Virus record (IMG/VR): IMGVR_UViG_3300032332_002377
Strand: one strand, 5' to 3'
From: a virus
Lineage: Duplodnaviria; Caudoviricetes
Length of the DNA stretch: 64,000 bases
Below the pieces are notes generated by a model. That model made no database searches and was not told the DNA's origin. It saw only the letters and a list, made by a program, of their open reading frames with translations. The position numbers were made by a program, and so were the translations under genes. Shown piece by piece: positions 34,203 to 44,641 of this stretch; position 1 is the stretch's first letter, and the number at the start of each line of letters is the position of its first letter.

Positions 34203-35063
34203 TTAACTACTTATAGGTTTTTTGGAGTTATCCATGGCTTTGCGTGTTTCTTGTGTTTTTTTAGTCATCTCTTCTGTAAAGTTATTAATTAAAATGATAT
34301 TTTCTGTTAGTGTGTTGTTATCCGCATAAAAAGCATCAAAATTTAATTTGTTTACTAGTGCGTATTGAATATCGTAAAGATTCTTTAGGTCAACAGTAAG
34401 AAGTAACTTCAAAGTTTCAAATAATGACAAGTTGAATGGGTTGATACGTATTTTATTGTTATCATCAATGGATAGAACAATATTATTAAATGAATTTTCA
34501 ATGTGTTGTTTGGTTTTGTTGATATCGTTTATTACATCAGCAGGCAATTTCTCAAAAACTGTGCGTTTTTCTTCTACTGTAAATGCATTAAAATCAATTA
34601 TTTTATTTTCAGTAGATGTTTTGATAATAACCTCATCAATACTGTTTAGTAGTATATCAAAAATATTATTAAATAGTAATGATTTAGGTAACGACAATTT
34701 AATATTAAAAGTATCTGTATCAATTTCGTAATTGCTATCAAGTTTAACATTAAAAAAAGAATTGTAAACAGGCAGTAAGTTAACTTTTGTTACTAAGTTT
34801 TGTTGCTTGAGTTCAATTTCAGGAGAAACAGAAGCTAAGCGCAATAAAAACAGCAAGCAAAATTTATCATAATTTGTTAATATATTAGTAGCATCAAAAT
34901 TTTTAATATTTTCTTTTAAAATGTTTTCAAAACATAAATTAATTGCTTCATCATCTTTATTCTGTATAAATTTATTAAGAGTTCTGAGTTGTTTAAAGGT
35001 AAGTTCTTTTATAAACACCTTTTTTTTACTTAAAATTGTGGTGTAGCTTAGGAAAAAATCCAT
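34203..35063 (-). CDS. Baseplate hub assembly protein (gp26/gp51-like)
   Basis: IKELTFKQL, DKFCLLFLLRLASV; gene position. Confidence 0.5.
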   Translation of the reverse strand: MDFFLSYTTILSKKKVFIKELTFKQLRTLNKFIQNKDDEAINLCFENILKENIKNFDATNILTNYDKFCLLFLLRLASVSPEIELKQQNLVTKVNLLPVYNSFFNVKLDSNYEIDTDTFNIKLSLPKSLLFNNIFDILLNSIDEVIIKTSTENKIIDFNAFTVEEKRTVFEKLPADVINDINKTKQHIENSFNNIVLSIDDNNKIRINPFNLSLFETLKLLLTVDLKNLYDIQYALVNKLNFDAFYADNNTLTENIILINNFTEEMTKKTQETRKAMDNSKKPISS

Positions 35064-35971
35064 TATAAGAAACCTAGAGGATTAATACTACCAATACCAT
35101 TTTGAAACGATGTAATTCTGGGTATATCGCCATTTGAAACTCTGTTTACTATATCTTGAACAGGTAGATATAGACTGTTCTCAATAGTATAATTAGAGTA
35201 AGTCCATCGGGTTGCAAAATTATTAACTGTTTCTGTCTCGTAATTAAAGCTCTGCTCACCTATATTATAGGGCATACAATTATAAAACGTCCAAACTTTA
35301 CGAGGTATCATGGATATACTATTTAAAGTGCGTCCATATTGAAGCAACGTCATGTTGCATTTCATATTTTTAAAGTCTCTAGTTCCATTTACATCAGCTG
35401 GTCTGGAAACCATGCCAAAATGTGACCCCAGAATTACCCAAGGTCTTATTACATGATCAATAAATGATGTGTTTGTGTCTCTAAATTCTATGGTTAATGA
35501 GTGCGGTTCAGTTTGTCTATTACTTCCTAAAATTCCTGGTAGAAAGCCTCTATTGTTTGGTACAGAAGCTGAATCTATGTTGTATTGTTCTGCAGGTATT
35601 GATATTGAATTAGCAAATAAACATCCAATTATTCTTTGCAAAGGAAAACTTTTTAAAATAGAAACAGAGGTAGAAATATCCCAGCCTTTTTTGCTTCCAT
35701 CTACAATTTCTAATCCTTGTATAATATCTGATCTAAGCGCAACAGGATAGTTATCTATAACAATAATCCATTGTGTTGACATGGGAATCGAGGTAAACCA
35801 CGATTCCATTTGAAATAAAAAATAGTCCCTTGGACTTATTAACGGTACACCAGGTATGTTAAATCCAAATAACTCAGATATTTGAGGTGCAAAAGAAGGA
35901 TTTGTACCTTTAAAGAGACCTGTAAAGTTTTCTTGGAGACCTTGGAGTGCTGAGGTGAACGGATTATTCAC
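35063..35971 (-). CDS. Tail tube-like baseplate protein (gp54-like)
   Basis: SISIPAE, LTIEFRDT, WTFYNCMP; next to the tube gene. Confidence 0.6.
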   Translation of the reverse strand: MNNPFTSALQGLQENFTGLFKGTNPSFAPQISELFGFNIPGVPLISPRDYFLFQMESWFTSIPMSTQWIIVIDNYPVALRSDIIQGLEIVDGSKKGWDISTSVSILKSFPLQRIIGCLFANSISIPAEQYNIDSASVPNNRGFLPGILGSNRQTEPHSLTIEFRDTNTSFIDHVIRPWVILGSHFGMVSRPADVNGTRDFKNMKCNMTLLQYGRTLNSISMIPRKVWTFYNCMPYNIGEQSFNYETETVNNFATRWTYSNYTIENSLYLPVQDIVNRVSNGDIPRITSFQNGIGSINPLGFL

Positions 35972-35983
35972 CTAATTATTTAA

Positions 35984-36532
35984 TTAACTTAGTTTTCTCC
36001 AGTAGTGAAATGAGATGGTAGAAGTAAATTCAATTGTATTACCTGTACCTTCAGATATGTTATACTGTAGAGGACCAACGCTTCTTACTGAAACACCAAC
36101 CAATTGATATTGAGCTGTTTTGTTCATCTGATTATCAAGCTGAACAAGATCAATAATGGCTGTCTGCTTGGGAGCAAAATAATTTCCTGTGGAATTTGCA
36201 TCATTAAAAATGTCCTGTGACCACTGTTCAAATTTTTGACGAATTTTGGACTGTGAATCTGCGTAGAAAGTCAAAGGCCAAGCATCAGAACCAGGATATG
36301 TAGCATTTCCAGGTATATTAAAATTTAATCCCATGTAAGGAACTGTAACATTGCTAATTGCACGCTCAGGCAGAGTAGCAGTCTTTACATACACTAAATC
36401 ATCCTGATCAAACTCTACGCTTGAAGCACCACCAGTATTAATGGATAGTACACGGAAGTTATAATCGCGAGCAAATTCTCTATTTTGCGCTACTCTATAA
36501 AAGTCAGTAATTAATTGATTTACATCAGCCAT
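35984..36532 (-). CDS. gp19: Tail tube protein (T4 gp19-like)
   Basis: ATLPER, VPYMG, IRQKFEQW, LVQLD, IEFTSTISFHYW; follows the sheath gene. Confidence 0.88.
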   Translation of the reverse strand: MADVNQLITDFYRVAQNREFARDYNFRVLSINTGGASSVEFDQDDLVYVKTATLPERAISNVTVPYMGLNFNIPGNATYPGSDAWPLTFYADSQSKIRQKFEQWSQDIFNDANSTGNYFAPKQTAIIDLVQLDNQMNKTAQYQLVGVSVRSVGPLQYNISEGTGNTIEFTSTISFHYWRKLS

Positions 36533-36556
36533 AAAATTATTTATTCCCCTTCATGT

Positions 36557-38911
36557 TTATGAGACTATCTCCTGGAAGCTCACACCTGTGCGTGTGGCAT
36601 AGAAGTTAGCTAGAATAAATTCTGCTGATCTTGTAGGCTTGACATAGATGTCAATTACAAGTGTGTTGTTATCAATTACATCGGGTGTATTGTTTCTTTC
36701 GTCACAAATGATTAGGTAGTCATATATACCCTGTGTATTTTTAGCATTATCAAAAATAGGTGTTAGTGTATTAATTACTTGTGTTCTTGTGAAGAGTGTA
36801 TTAGGCTCAAACACAAAGTATTTAACAGTGTTCTTTGTGGCTGTCTCCAGGCTCAAGAATAATCTACGTACATTAATTCTATCAAAGGCGCTTGGCTTCT
36901 TTTGCAAGGTCTTCTGACCATATACTACAAAGCCTTCACCTGGGAAGAATGCAACAGGATTCATGTTAATCTTGTAAAGCTGGTCGCGTTGCTTTTGCTT
37001 GGGGAACAATCCGAGATCTGTAACACCAGTTACAACACCTCTTGTGAAACCAGCAGGAGCATACCAAGGCTGATAATTGCTATCTGTATTGCCCATTAGA
37101 GCAGCTGCAAATCCTGAGAAAGGAACCCAAACTTCTTGAGCAGAAGCTATATCAGATACCTTAACACAATTTGCATAAGCACAAACATAGCTAGAATTGA
37201 TTGCTGCAAATTGATTTCTCAATGCCCAGTAGATGTCAGTAGAGAATGTCTTGGTGGGATCATCAAGTGTCTTGATATTCTGACCTTCAACAAATATGTT
37301 TGTGAGAGGATCTGCAATATAGATCAAGTCTTTTCTCTTAGTTTCTGCAAAAGATACAAACTCTTGTGAAACTGCATTGTAATGATTAATTACATCAGAA
37401 GTTGCACCAGCATTTTGTGAAGTTAATCCAGCTAGAATTGAGGAGTAACCTACAGTATCATCAAAATATCCGCTGGTTGCAGGATTAAAGGAATTGACAT
37501 AAATGGTTCCAAGGCCTGCTTCAACTGAAATATTGAATGCATAAATGTCAGAGTTTTCAACTTTATCAAATAGTGAGTTAAGCTTGGAAGGCACATTGCC
37601 AATTACTTTGGTGTCTATATCTTGTGATGTATAATCACCTAGAGCAACTAGAGCATCAGTTGTGCCAATAGTAGTATTAAATGCTAATACAGCAGCACTT
37701 GGAGCTCCAACACGTGTTGCATATCCATCAGCTGTTTCACCAGGTAGTGAAGTGGCTAGATGTGAGCCAAGGAAACGTACTTTCTTAGTAGGTATACCGG
37801 CATCATTTAGCCAGCTATTACCAAGCTTATTAGAAATAAATGGATTGATTAGTGTGGTGATTTGTGAAGAATTGTTGTCTAGTGCTTCAATGAAGAAGCT
37901 CTTAGCAGGTCCACCATTAGTATCATTTATTTGACGGTATGTATCAAATGATCCTAGATAGCTTTCTTCTAGAACATAATCCAAAGCAATTGTATCTGGT
38001 GAAAATACAGACTGGCGTAACTTAAAGATACCAAATACTGCAGTATCATCAAATTGATTGCTGTAAATGTCAAAGGATGGTATGTTTTCTAATGCTTCAG
38101 ATACACTAGAACCAACACCTGTTTGTCCAGCAGAGAGAGGAAATGCTAATCTTGCATCAGGCAATGTTACATAATCACCACCAGAAATTATATTGGCTTC
38201 TGTATTGATTGAAAGTATTCTGTTGACATCATCAAAAGGTGTTGCAGGGTTGAGGTTAGTGTTGTCAATAACACCAACATAATAACCTTCATAGCGGCTA
38301 TTGATGGAAGATTGAGACTTATTTAAAATAATAAGACCTGCATTGCCTAAATCACTGATAGAACCGAATGATGATTTGAATCCATTTGATGCACTGCTAT
38401 TGGGGCTCCAAGTAAATGCTGTGCCACGCAAAATATCAAGATAATCTTCTTTTGAAAGCTTTACGTGTGTGGGTTTACCGAAAAGATATGTGGCACTAGC
38501 ACCTGCTAGGTTAGTATTATTGTAAGCACCAGCTGTTAGTGGTGTATAGTCTGTGGACGCTGCAGCACTTGTGCCAGGATAATATGCGGCAACAGGATAA
38601 ACTAATGCTGTATAATTGTCTGTTGCTGTGATGCCTGAACCTGTACCATATGGTAAGCGGTAAACAATAACATCAGAAGGGCTTTGAAAAGCTGCTTTTA
38701 CTGTGTGGTAAAAATATCTTTCAGCGGCATTTGTTGGTGTACCGTAAATTTGTTCAAATTCTGAGAGACTTGCTACAGCAATAGTTTCTGCAACAGGTCC
38801 TTTTGGTGCAAAACCAGGAATTAATATTGAGGTTGTTCCTGTTGGTGCTTGTCTTAATGAAAGATCTACTTCTTGAATTTGAACGCCGGGGCTTTGAATC
38901 GTACGTGCCAT
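36557..38911 (-). CDS. gp18: Contractile tail sheath protein (T4 gp18-like)
   Basis: SPGVQIQEVD, PWYAPAGFTRG, SAFDRINVRRLF, FVFEPN, VKPTRSAEFI. Confidence 0.96.
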   Translation of the reverse strand: MARTIQSPGVQIQEVDLSLRQAPTGTTSILIPGFAPKGPVAETIAVASLSEFEQIYGTPTNAAERYFYHTVKAAFQSPSDVIVYRLPYGTGSGITATDNYTALVYPVAAYYPGTSAAASTDYTPLTAGAYNNTNLAGASATYLFGKPTHVKLSKEDYLDILRGTAFTWSPNSSASNGFKSSFGSISDLGNAGLIILNKSQSSINSRYEGYYVGVIDNTNLNPATPFDDVNRILSINTEANIISGGDYVTLPDARLAFPLSAGQTGVGSSVSEALENIPSFDIYSNQFDDTAVFGIFKLRQSVFSPDTIALDYVLEESYLGSFDTYRQINDTNGGPAKSFFIEALDNNSSQITTLINPFISNKLGNSWLNDAGIPTKKVRFLGSHLATSLPGETADGYATRVGAPSAAVLAFNTTIGTTDALVALGDYTSQDIDTKVIGNVPSKLNSLFDKVENSDIYAFNISVEAGLGTIYVNSFNPATSGYFDDTVGYSSILAGLTSQNAGATSDVINHYNAVSQEFVSFAETKRKDLIYIADPLTNIFVEGQNIKTLDDPTKTFSTDIYWALRNQFAAINSSYVCAYANCVKVSDIASAQEVWVPFSGFAAALMGNTDSNYQPWYAPAGFTRGVVTGVTDLGLFPKQKQRDQLYKINMNPVAFFPGEGFVVYGQKTLQKKPSAFDRINVRRLFLSLETATKNTVKYFVFEPNTLFTRTQVINTLTPIFDNAKNTQGIYDYLIICDERNNTPDVIDNNTLVIDIYVKPTRSAEFILANFYATRTGVSFQEIVS

Positions 38912-38955
38912 ATAAAGTATTTATTTATTTTGTGATAAAGTTTTTGAAAAAAAGA

Positions 38956-39582
38956 TCAAAGATTATCAACATTTTCTACAAGCTTCACAATAAACTGTGA
39001 ATATGCAAAGGTAAATGAGGTTTCTATCTCTTCTGAAGTGCGATAATTTAAATTCATTCCGCCTAAAGACGTGGGAAATGATTTTTTAAACAAAAATTCT
39101 ACAACGCGTTTATCATATTCATCTAGAAGAAATATAGAAATGTCAGTTGAATACTCGGCTATTGAATCAATAGAAGGTTTTATGTTTCTCAATTCAGCAG
39201 GTCTGTTGGTAAGATTTTTAAAGTCATATAAGCCTGTTTCAGCATCATTTAAAAGATTTAGCCAAGAATATAATACCCAATAATTGTTCATTCTATTATC
39301 TACAGTAAAATTAACTGTGACTGGTTCCCACAGAGGCCTGTGAAAGCTTGATTGCACATAGCTTTGTCCACCATATATTATGTCAACTTGAGGTATGACA
39401 ATTTCAGGTATAGTAGCACCATAAACTGAAAATTGCATAGTGGGCAAATTAACATTATCTTCACCTCTTATAAATTTAGAATTAATTTTTTTAAGAGAAT
39501 CAGGTAAATTCAAGACAAGTAGAAACCTATCTTTACGTAATTTATTAAAAGGGCTTTGTTTATAATCTTGTTGATTAGCCAT
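38956..39582 (-). CDS. gp3: Tail completion/terminator (T4 gp3-like)
   Basis: ATIPEI, WEPVTVNFTVDNRMNNY..LYSW, FPTSLGG...FAYSQF. Confidence 0.7.
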   Translation of the reverse strand: MANQQDYKQSPFNKLRKDRFLLVLNLPDSLKKINSKFIRGEDNVNLPTMQFSVYGATIPEIVIPQVDIIYGGQSYVQSSFHRPLWEPVTVNFTVDNRMNNYWVLYSWLNLLNDAETGLYDFKNLTNRPAELRNIKPSIDSIAEYSTDISIFLLDEYDKRVVEFLFKKSFPTSLGGMNLNYRTSEEIETSFTFAYSQFIVKLVENVDNL

Positions 39583-41275
39583 TTAAAAGAGTCCAACCTC
39601 CTTGCTGCAGTTCATCAATATCATTGTTCTGTTCTTCATTATTGCCCTTAATGATAACTGGCGATGGCACATAATCTGTTTTATTTTTTTCATTGTTGTA
39701 TATGCTGTTGGGGTTTATGAAATATTTAATACCATAGTCTAGTGATTTTATCTTTAATGGCTTCTTATTATCATCATATTCTTGAACTTCAAAATATTTC
39801 TCTGCTAATTCATTTTCAAGAATTACTAGAGCCCATACTAACGACATTACTCTGTCATCCCAGTTATCAGCTCCTGGTCTTGCACCCCATGTACCATTGG
39901 AGTAGCGAATAAAGTTTTTTAACTCTATAAGAGTGTTGATATCACGAATTTTTATAGCGCGCAACTCATTTAACCAGTAACGCATATTAGTCACACCTTT
40001 ATACTTGGTATTTGTATGTGCTTGAACACCTATTTTATCAGTAGATTGTTTTGTACCATATGATACTATATTTTCATAATGCAGTGTATTTTTTAATTGA
40101 TCAACAACTTGTGCACCACAGTTGTTTCTTTCAATCATAGCTAATGGTGATCCCCAGTGCTGAAGAATTTCATAAAGCTTAGATGTAAAATTATAAGGAG
40201 AAATATTTCTATTGTGGTAACAAGCAACTTGTTCTATGTTTCTTAAATTTGTAATATCAAATATTTGAATAACACTAGCTGCAGCTCCAACACCTTCACT
40301 TATATCAACACCAGCTACATATATTCTATCTTGTTTGTATGAATCCCAGAGGTGATACTTGCCATCATCATAAACAAAATCTGGCTCCCTAATATCAATC
40401 TTCATTTCCTCAAACATTTTTTCATTTACAGAGCTTTCCCCAGTTTGGATAAACACATTACCAAATTCTTGATCAAAAGCTTCTACACTGCCTAAAGATC
40501 TAATTGTTTTTTCTTTCCATTCTTCATCACGGCCTGGAACCTCCCACCAATCTACTCTTTCTGCTCTCCAGTCATTTTTATTTTCAATTGCACCTTGATA
40601 AAGTTCATAAAACAAATTATCTGTACCATTAGGCGTACTAGCTATAAAGATTTTAGATTTTTTAGAGCTAGATATAATAGGGTATACGGAACGCCAGAAT
40701 TGCTCAACTAGATGATTGTCGATAAATGCTAACTCGTCTAAGATTAAGCAGTTAACAGATGAGCCTCTACCTGCATCAGATGATGTTGTTGAAATGCCAA
40801 TGCTACTCCCATTTCCTAACGTCATGGATGTTTTACCATACTCTACAGCACCAGGTTTGAGATAGTTGGGTAACTGCTCATAAGCCAGTCTAACGCGTTT
40901 AAAGATATTGATAGCTGTACTTTCTTTATTAGCCACAATCAGTATATTTTGGTCTTCATTAAAGCATGCTATCCAAAGGGCATATATGGTGAGTAGTGTA
41001 GATTTACCAATTTGTCTGCTAGCTAATAAAATACAAAATCTGTTATCTCTTAAAGATCGTAAAATTTTTCTCTGATAGTTATATAATTGTATCTGTTCTT
41101 TACCTCGATCTAAATTTACAATATAAAAAAAGTTTTCTGCAAAATATAATATGTTCTTTCTACATTTTTGAATGTCTGCTATCCACTGAGGGTTAGAAGC
41201 ATAATCAAACTCTGCATTTATTGTAGGTAGATTCTTATTACCTAAGTAAAATTGTTTAGAGTTCTTTTCGTTCAT
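39575..41275 (-). CDS. gp17: Terminase large subunit (T4 gp17-like)
   Basis: YLGNKNLP, SRQIGKST, LILDELAF, STPNG, FDQEFG, GVDISEG, DDRVMS. Confidence 0.96.
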   Translation of the reverse strand: MNEKNSKQFYLGNKNLPTINAEFDYASNPQWIADIQKCRKNILYFAENFFYIVNLDRGKEQIQLYNYQRKILRSLRDNRFCILLASRQIGKSTLLTIYALWIACFNEDQNILIVANKESTAINIFKRVRLAYEQLPNYLKPGAVEYGKTSMTLGNGSSIGISTTSSDAGRGSSVNCLILDELAFIDNHLVEQFWRSVYPIISSSKKSKIFIASTPNGTDNLFYELYQGAIENKNDWRAERVDWWEVPGRDEEWKEKTIRSLGSVEAFDQEFGNVFIQTGESSVNEKMFEEMKIDIREPDFVYDDGKYHLWDSYKQDRIYVAGVDISEGVGAAASVIQIFDITNLRNIEQVACYHNRNISPYNFTSKLYEILQHWGSPLAMIERNNCGAQVVDQLKNTLHYENIVSYGTKQSTDKIGVQAHTNTKYKGVTNMRYWLNELRAIKIRDINTLIELKNFIRYSNGTWGARPGADNWDDRVMSLVWALVILENELAEKYFEVQEYDDNKKPLKIKSLDYGIKYFINPNSIYNNEKNKTDYVPSPVIIKGNNEEQNNDIDELQQGGWTLLNG

Positions 41276-41280
41276 TTATA

Positions 41281-41290
41281 TAAATATTTA
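41281..41290. promoter_or_regulatory. Palindromic TAAATATTTA: putative bidirectional late promoter
   Basis: Reads TAAATA on both strands within the 18 nt between divergent ATGs at 41275 and 41294. Confidence 0.6.
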
Positions 41291-41293
41291 CAC

Positions 41294-42166
41294 ATGAATC
41301 TAACACGTACAATGAAAGATATGGAAAAAGTATATTCGGAAAAAGTTAATTTTCCACCTAAAGGCACTTTTGAGCTAGCTAAGACAGCAAAAGAGAAGAA
41401 GAAACCTTTTATAGGCAAGCCTACAGGGCCTGAAGCTTCTGTTGGTTTCAATAAAACAATATCTGACCCCAAAGACTTAAAAGGCAAAGAAACATTTCAA
41501 GGAACAGAAAAATTTTCTTCACAAAATTTTAATGAAAATAATGAAAAAATTGAGCAGAAGAATATAAATAATTTTATGAGCAAATCAATTTTTGATAAAC
41601 TATTTGAAGATGTAATGGGTGTTGACGGCGCTGATACAGACGCCAAAGACGCCATGGACCTCGGCGTTGGTGCCGAAGCTGATAAAGCTGAAGGAGGTGA
41701 TGTAACCTTTACATTGCCTCGTGATCTTGCTCAGAAACTTTGCGATGTACTTCATGAAGTACTAGAGACTGGTGCAGAAGAGACAATGGAGCATGAAGCT
41801 GAAGCCGAAGGTGAAGCTGAAGATGCAGAAGCTCCTGTTGCTGGTAGCGAAGATGCAGAAGAAAAAGAAGAAGAGAAAAAAGAAGAAGTTGCTGGTGAAG
41901 CAACTGAAATGACAGAGCTCAAGCCTTCCGCTGGTCAAACTTTGCAGGGCAAGAGCAATAAGGTTGGTGGAACAGTAGATAGCCTTGTTGCCAAGGGTGG
42001 TGGAGATGGTAAAGTTAAGAGTGAAGTTGATGGCAAAGGTAAGGATGAAGGACATGCCCTAGTTGGTAGCGGTGTTAAAGGTGGTGCTCCAACATCTCCT
42101 AAGGGAAAAGCCAATGTAGTAGCTGGTAAAGCTTCCAATGTTGGTCATTATCTTTTTCAAAAATAA
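41294..42166 (+). CDS. Acidic late protein (prohead core/scaffold-like or internal protein)
   Basis: Glu/Ala-rich; start reassigned to ATG 41294; second in-frame start at 41576. Confidence 0.6.
   Translation: MNLTRTMKDMEKVYSEKVNFPPKGTFELAKTAKEKKKPFIGKPTGPEASVGFNKTISDPKDLKGKETFQGTEKFSSQNFNENNEKIEQKNINNFMSKSIFDKLFEDVMGVDGADTDAKDAMDLGVGAEADKAEGGDVTFTLPRDLAQKLCDVLHEVLETGAEETMEHEAEAEGEAEDAEAPVAGSEDAEEKEEEKKEEVAGEATEMTELKPSAGQTLQGKSNKVGGTVDSLVAKGGGDGKVKSEVDGKGKDEGHALVGSGVKGGAPTSPKGKANVVAGKASNVGHYLFQK
41563..41570 (+). promoter_or_regulatory. Intragenic T4-type late promoter TATAAATA
   Basis: 5 nt before the in-frame ATG at 41576. Confidence 0.6.
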
Positions 42167-42183
42167 TTGATTAACTTAAAAAT

Positions 42184-42217
42184 AAAAAAAGCCTAACGTA
42201 AGTTAGGCTTTTTTTTT
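42184..42217. terminator. Intrinsic terminator, potentially bidirectional
   Basis: A7-GCCTAAC-GTAA-GTTAGGC-T9. Confidence 0.9.
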
Positions 42218-42231
42218 GATTAAATAATATT

Positions 42232-42546
42232 ATGACCTTTAGAGAATATTTTGATATTAATAAGATAGGTCCAAGACATCTTAAGAATGATGGTTTACTA
42301 AATACGTCAGTTCCTCATAAGCCCATAGCTGATATGCATAAAGTTAAGAAAGCAGATGGTACAGAAGAATTAAAAAACAATAATAAAAAGACTGTTATTT
42401 TAAACAATAGGGAAAAAATAAAAGAACTTTTACGTAAACATAATTATATTGCTACTCTTAAACCTGGTGAAACAAAGAAATTAATAGGTACTAGTATCTC
42501 AGTATCATTAAACCCTCAAGGAGGTTATATTCTAACTAATGACTAA
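42232..42546 (+). CDS. Hypothetical late protein (possible internal head protein)
   Basis: TAAATA box; N-terminus MTFREYF resembles T4 internal-protein N-termini. Confidence 0.55.
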   Translation: MTFREYFDINKIGPRHLKNDGLLNTSVPHKPIADMHKVKKADGTEELKNNNKKTVILNNREKIKELLRKHNYIATLKPGETKKLIGTSISVSLNPQGGYILTND

Positions 42547-43276
42547 TGCTGATTGTACAAATTTTTTTACTGGCAGCATAGAGATTAAAACATATCCTAA
42601 TGTTAATCAGAATGTAAATGAATGTTTTTCTCTAACTGATAAAGACAATAATTCTGGGGACATTATGCTTCAGAATAATTACTGGCTAGAACAAATTAAT
42701 TTATATGGTCAAAAAGTAGGATATATAGTCAATAATTTCAGTCTTCTTTCTGCAGATTACATATATGGAGAACAACCTACACAACAATATTCACCACCAG
42801 TACAAGTGAAAATGTTAATTGATTTGAATGAAAATGCATTAATGCTTTCCAAATATGGTTTGCAATCAGATGATGAGGTAACGGCTTATATACACATTTC
42901 TTCGTTCTATGAATCATTTGGCGCAGGTGCCGAACCAAAGTCAGGTGATCTATTTCAACTCACTCAATATGGTAGTGATAGACCTGGTGGCAGAAATGGT
43001 AAGATTTTTGAAATAACAGAAAGATTGGATGAAGATGTTGCAAGAATTAATCCGCTTGGTGGTCATTATGTTTGGCTTCTCAAGGCTAAGCGGTTTGAAT
43101 ATTCATTTGAGCCTGGTGTTTCAGGTGAAGCAGTAAACCAGCAAGTGTTTGATGATTTAAAAAACCCAGCAGTTTCAGGTGCTGATAAGCCTTATAATCA
43201 AAATGTTACTGATTCTAGTAAGAAAATCTTTGATTATAGTAAGACAGATTATGGTGGTGTGTATGGTGGTTATTAA
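42539..43276 (+). CDS. gp14: Neck protein (T4 gp14-like)
   Basis: EQINLYGQKVGYI, DYIYGE, LSKYGL.SDDE, EPKSGDL, KIFEIT. Confidence 0.75.
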   Translation: MTNADCTNFFTGSIEIKTYPNVNQNVNECFSLTDKDNNSGDIMLQNNYWLEQINLYGQKVGYIVNNFSLLSADYIYGEQPTQQYSPPVQVKMLIDLNENALMLSKYGLQSDDEVTAYIHISSFYESFGAGAEPKSGDLFQLTQYGSDRPGGRNGKIFEITERLDEDVARINPLGGHYVWLLKAKRFEYSFEPGVSGEAVNQQVFDDLKNPAVSGADKPYNQNVTDSSKKIFDYSKTDYGGVYGGY

Positions 43277-43542
43277 AGAGAAATATCGTTGTCGTTATAC
43301 ACAGGTTCTTTAAACATTTCATTCCTACAAAAAGCTATAATTTTATCAAACTCAAAACATGCATTACAACTGAGCGAAATGCGTTGTGTGTTATGAATAA
43401 ACGTATAAACAGTTTTATCTGAATTTTTGCGTATGCTGGCTACTGTATAATAGCCATCATTAAATAAAAACTTGTAAGGTAATCTGGAACTACCTAGTTT
43501 TGTTTTATTTACTTGGAAGCTAGTTCCTGATGGGTATTGCAT
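43273..43542 (-). CDS. Hypothetical protein
   Basis: 89 aa ORF in a tightly packed operon. Confidence 0.5.
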   Translation of the reverse strand: MQYPSGTSFQVNKTKLGSSRLPYKFLFNDGYYTVASIRKNSDKTVYTFIHNTQRISLSCNACFEFDKIIAFCRNEMFKEPVYNDNDISL

Positions 43543-43823
43543 AATTTTGCAGTAGGTTGAGCACTTAAATCTTCTTGTTTCTCGTACATCTCAATTTCAT
43601 CTACCATAGATTCATGTCTCTCATCAATATATTTCTGAAAAGCTAAAGGCTTAATCCAATCAATATTGTTTGCTGTATCAATCTTCATTTGTTTTGCTTT
43701 ATTGCATACCAATTCAATAGCCTCAATTAAGCACAACCAACGTGAATAGGTTTCAATTGGCAGTGTTTCGGACTTATCTTTTAGTTTAACTTCTATAGTT
43801 CTTTTTGAGGTTGTTGATTGCAT
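43509..43823 (-). CDS. Hypothetical protein
   Basis: 104 aa ORF in a tightly packed operon. Confidence 0.55.
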   Translation of the reverse strand: MQSTTSKRTIEVKLKDKSETLPIETYSRWLCLIEAIELVCNKAKQMKIDTANNIDWIKPLAFQKYIDERHESMVDEIEMYEKQEDLSAQPTAKLCNTHQELASK

Positions 43824-44235
43824 ATCCTGTAATTATCATGAAAAGCTTATTTGAGTCAAATACATTTTTTGTAATTTTCAAAGTATTGATAGAATTTTCA
43901 AAAATTGTGAAGAGAATTTCAATATTTTTGAGAATAAGGTTTAAATTGTCAATAACTGCTTCTTGTTTTTCTATATCTAAATTACTCTCCCTAATAACTT
44001 GCTTAAAATAATCATTAAAAAGAAAAAAGAAACTTTTCAAGAAACTAAGACTGTCATTACCAGAGATTTTAAAATAATTGTGTCCTTGATCATAATATTT
44101 TTTGAGCTCTGTGGGTAGTGCTGACTCAATGCATTGGCTAAAATAATCTATATCTAGCTTCTTCTCTTTAATAGTGTCTAGAGAAGTTGCAGGTACTGAT
44201 TTAGCTAGTTTGTCTATAGAATCAAAATTATCCAT
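43786..44235 (-). CDS. Hypothetical protein
   Basis: 149 aa ORF coupled to the upstream gene. Confidence 0.55.
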   Translation of the reverse strand: MDNFDSIDKLAKSVPATSLDTIKEKKLDIDYFSQCIESALPTELKKYYDQGHNYFKISGNDSLSFLKSFFFLFNDYFKQVIRESNLDIEKQEAVIDNLNLILKNIEILFTIFENSINTLKITKNVFDSNKLFMIITGYAINNLKKNYRS

Positions 44236-44641
44236 TGGAGAGAATATTAGGGTTTCCGGTGTCTGTATCTAATATAGGCTCAGTTGAGAGCGCTGTAGAC
44301 GGTGTTACATATACGCTTATTAGCTTCATGCATTCTTTACATTTGTATTTGTTGGTAGTATTGAGTTTAATGGGCACAAAATCGCGAATTTTTCTACTGC
44401 AGGGACATTCAACTTCAAGACCTTGCATAGAAAATTCTTTAATGCGTTCATTCTCAAGCTTTTTGTTTTTCAATGCTATGAAAGCGTTAAAGATGGAGAG
44501 GTAGATATAATTAAAGACAAATTGAAATGTACCTCCAACTATAAAACCTACAATAAAGCTTAAGTTGTTCTTACTGAAGATGTATCCGGTAGTATAACAT
44601 ATAGACAGGAATACTACTACCTGAACAAATAATCTGTACAT
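44228..44641 (-). CDS. Membrane protein with C-terminal zinc-ribbon-like motif
   Basis: Two hydrophobic N-terminal segments; CPC...CKEC. Confidence 0.55.
   Translation of the reverse strand: MYRLFVQVVVFLSICYTTGYIFSKNNLSFIVGFIVGGTFQFVFNYIYLSIFNAFIALKNKKLENERIKEFSMQGLEVECPCSRKIRDFVPIKLNTTNKYKCKECMKLISVYVTPSTALSTEPILDTDTGNPNILSNG

Noticed and set aside
41252-41293. ORF-track upstream starts (41252, 25548, 45049, 46744, 46504, 53971)
   Set aside because: They overlap neighbouring genes or promoter boxes; downstream ATGs fit the recurrent promoter-start spacing
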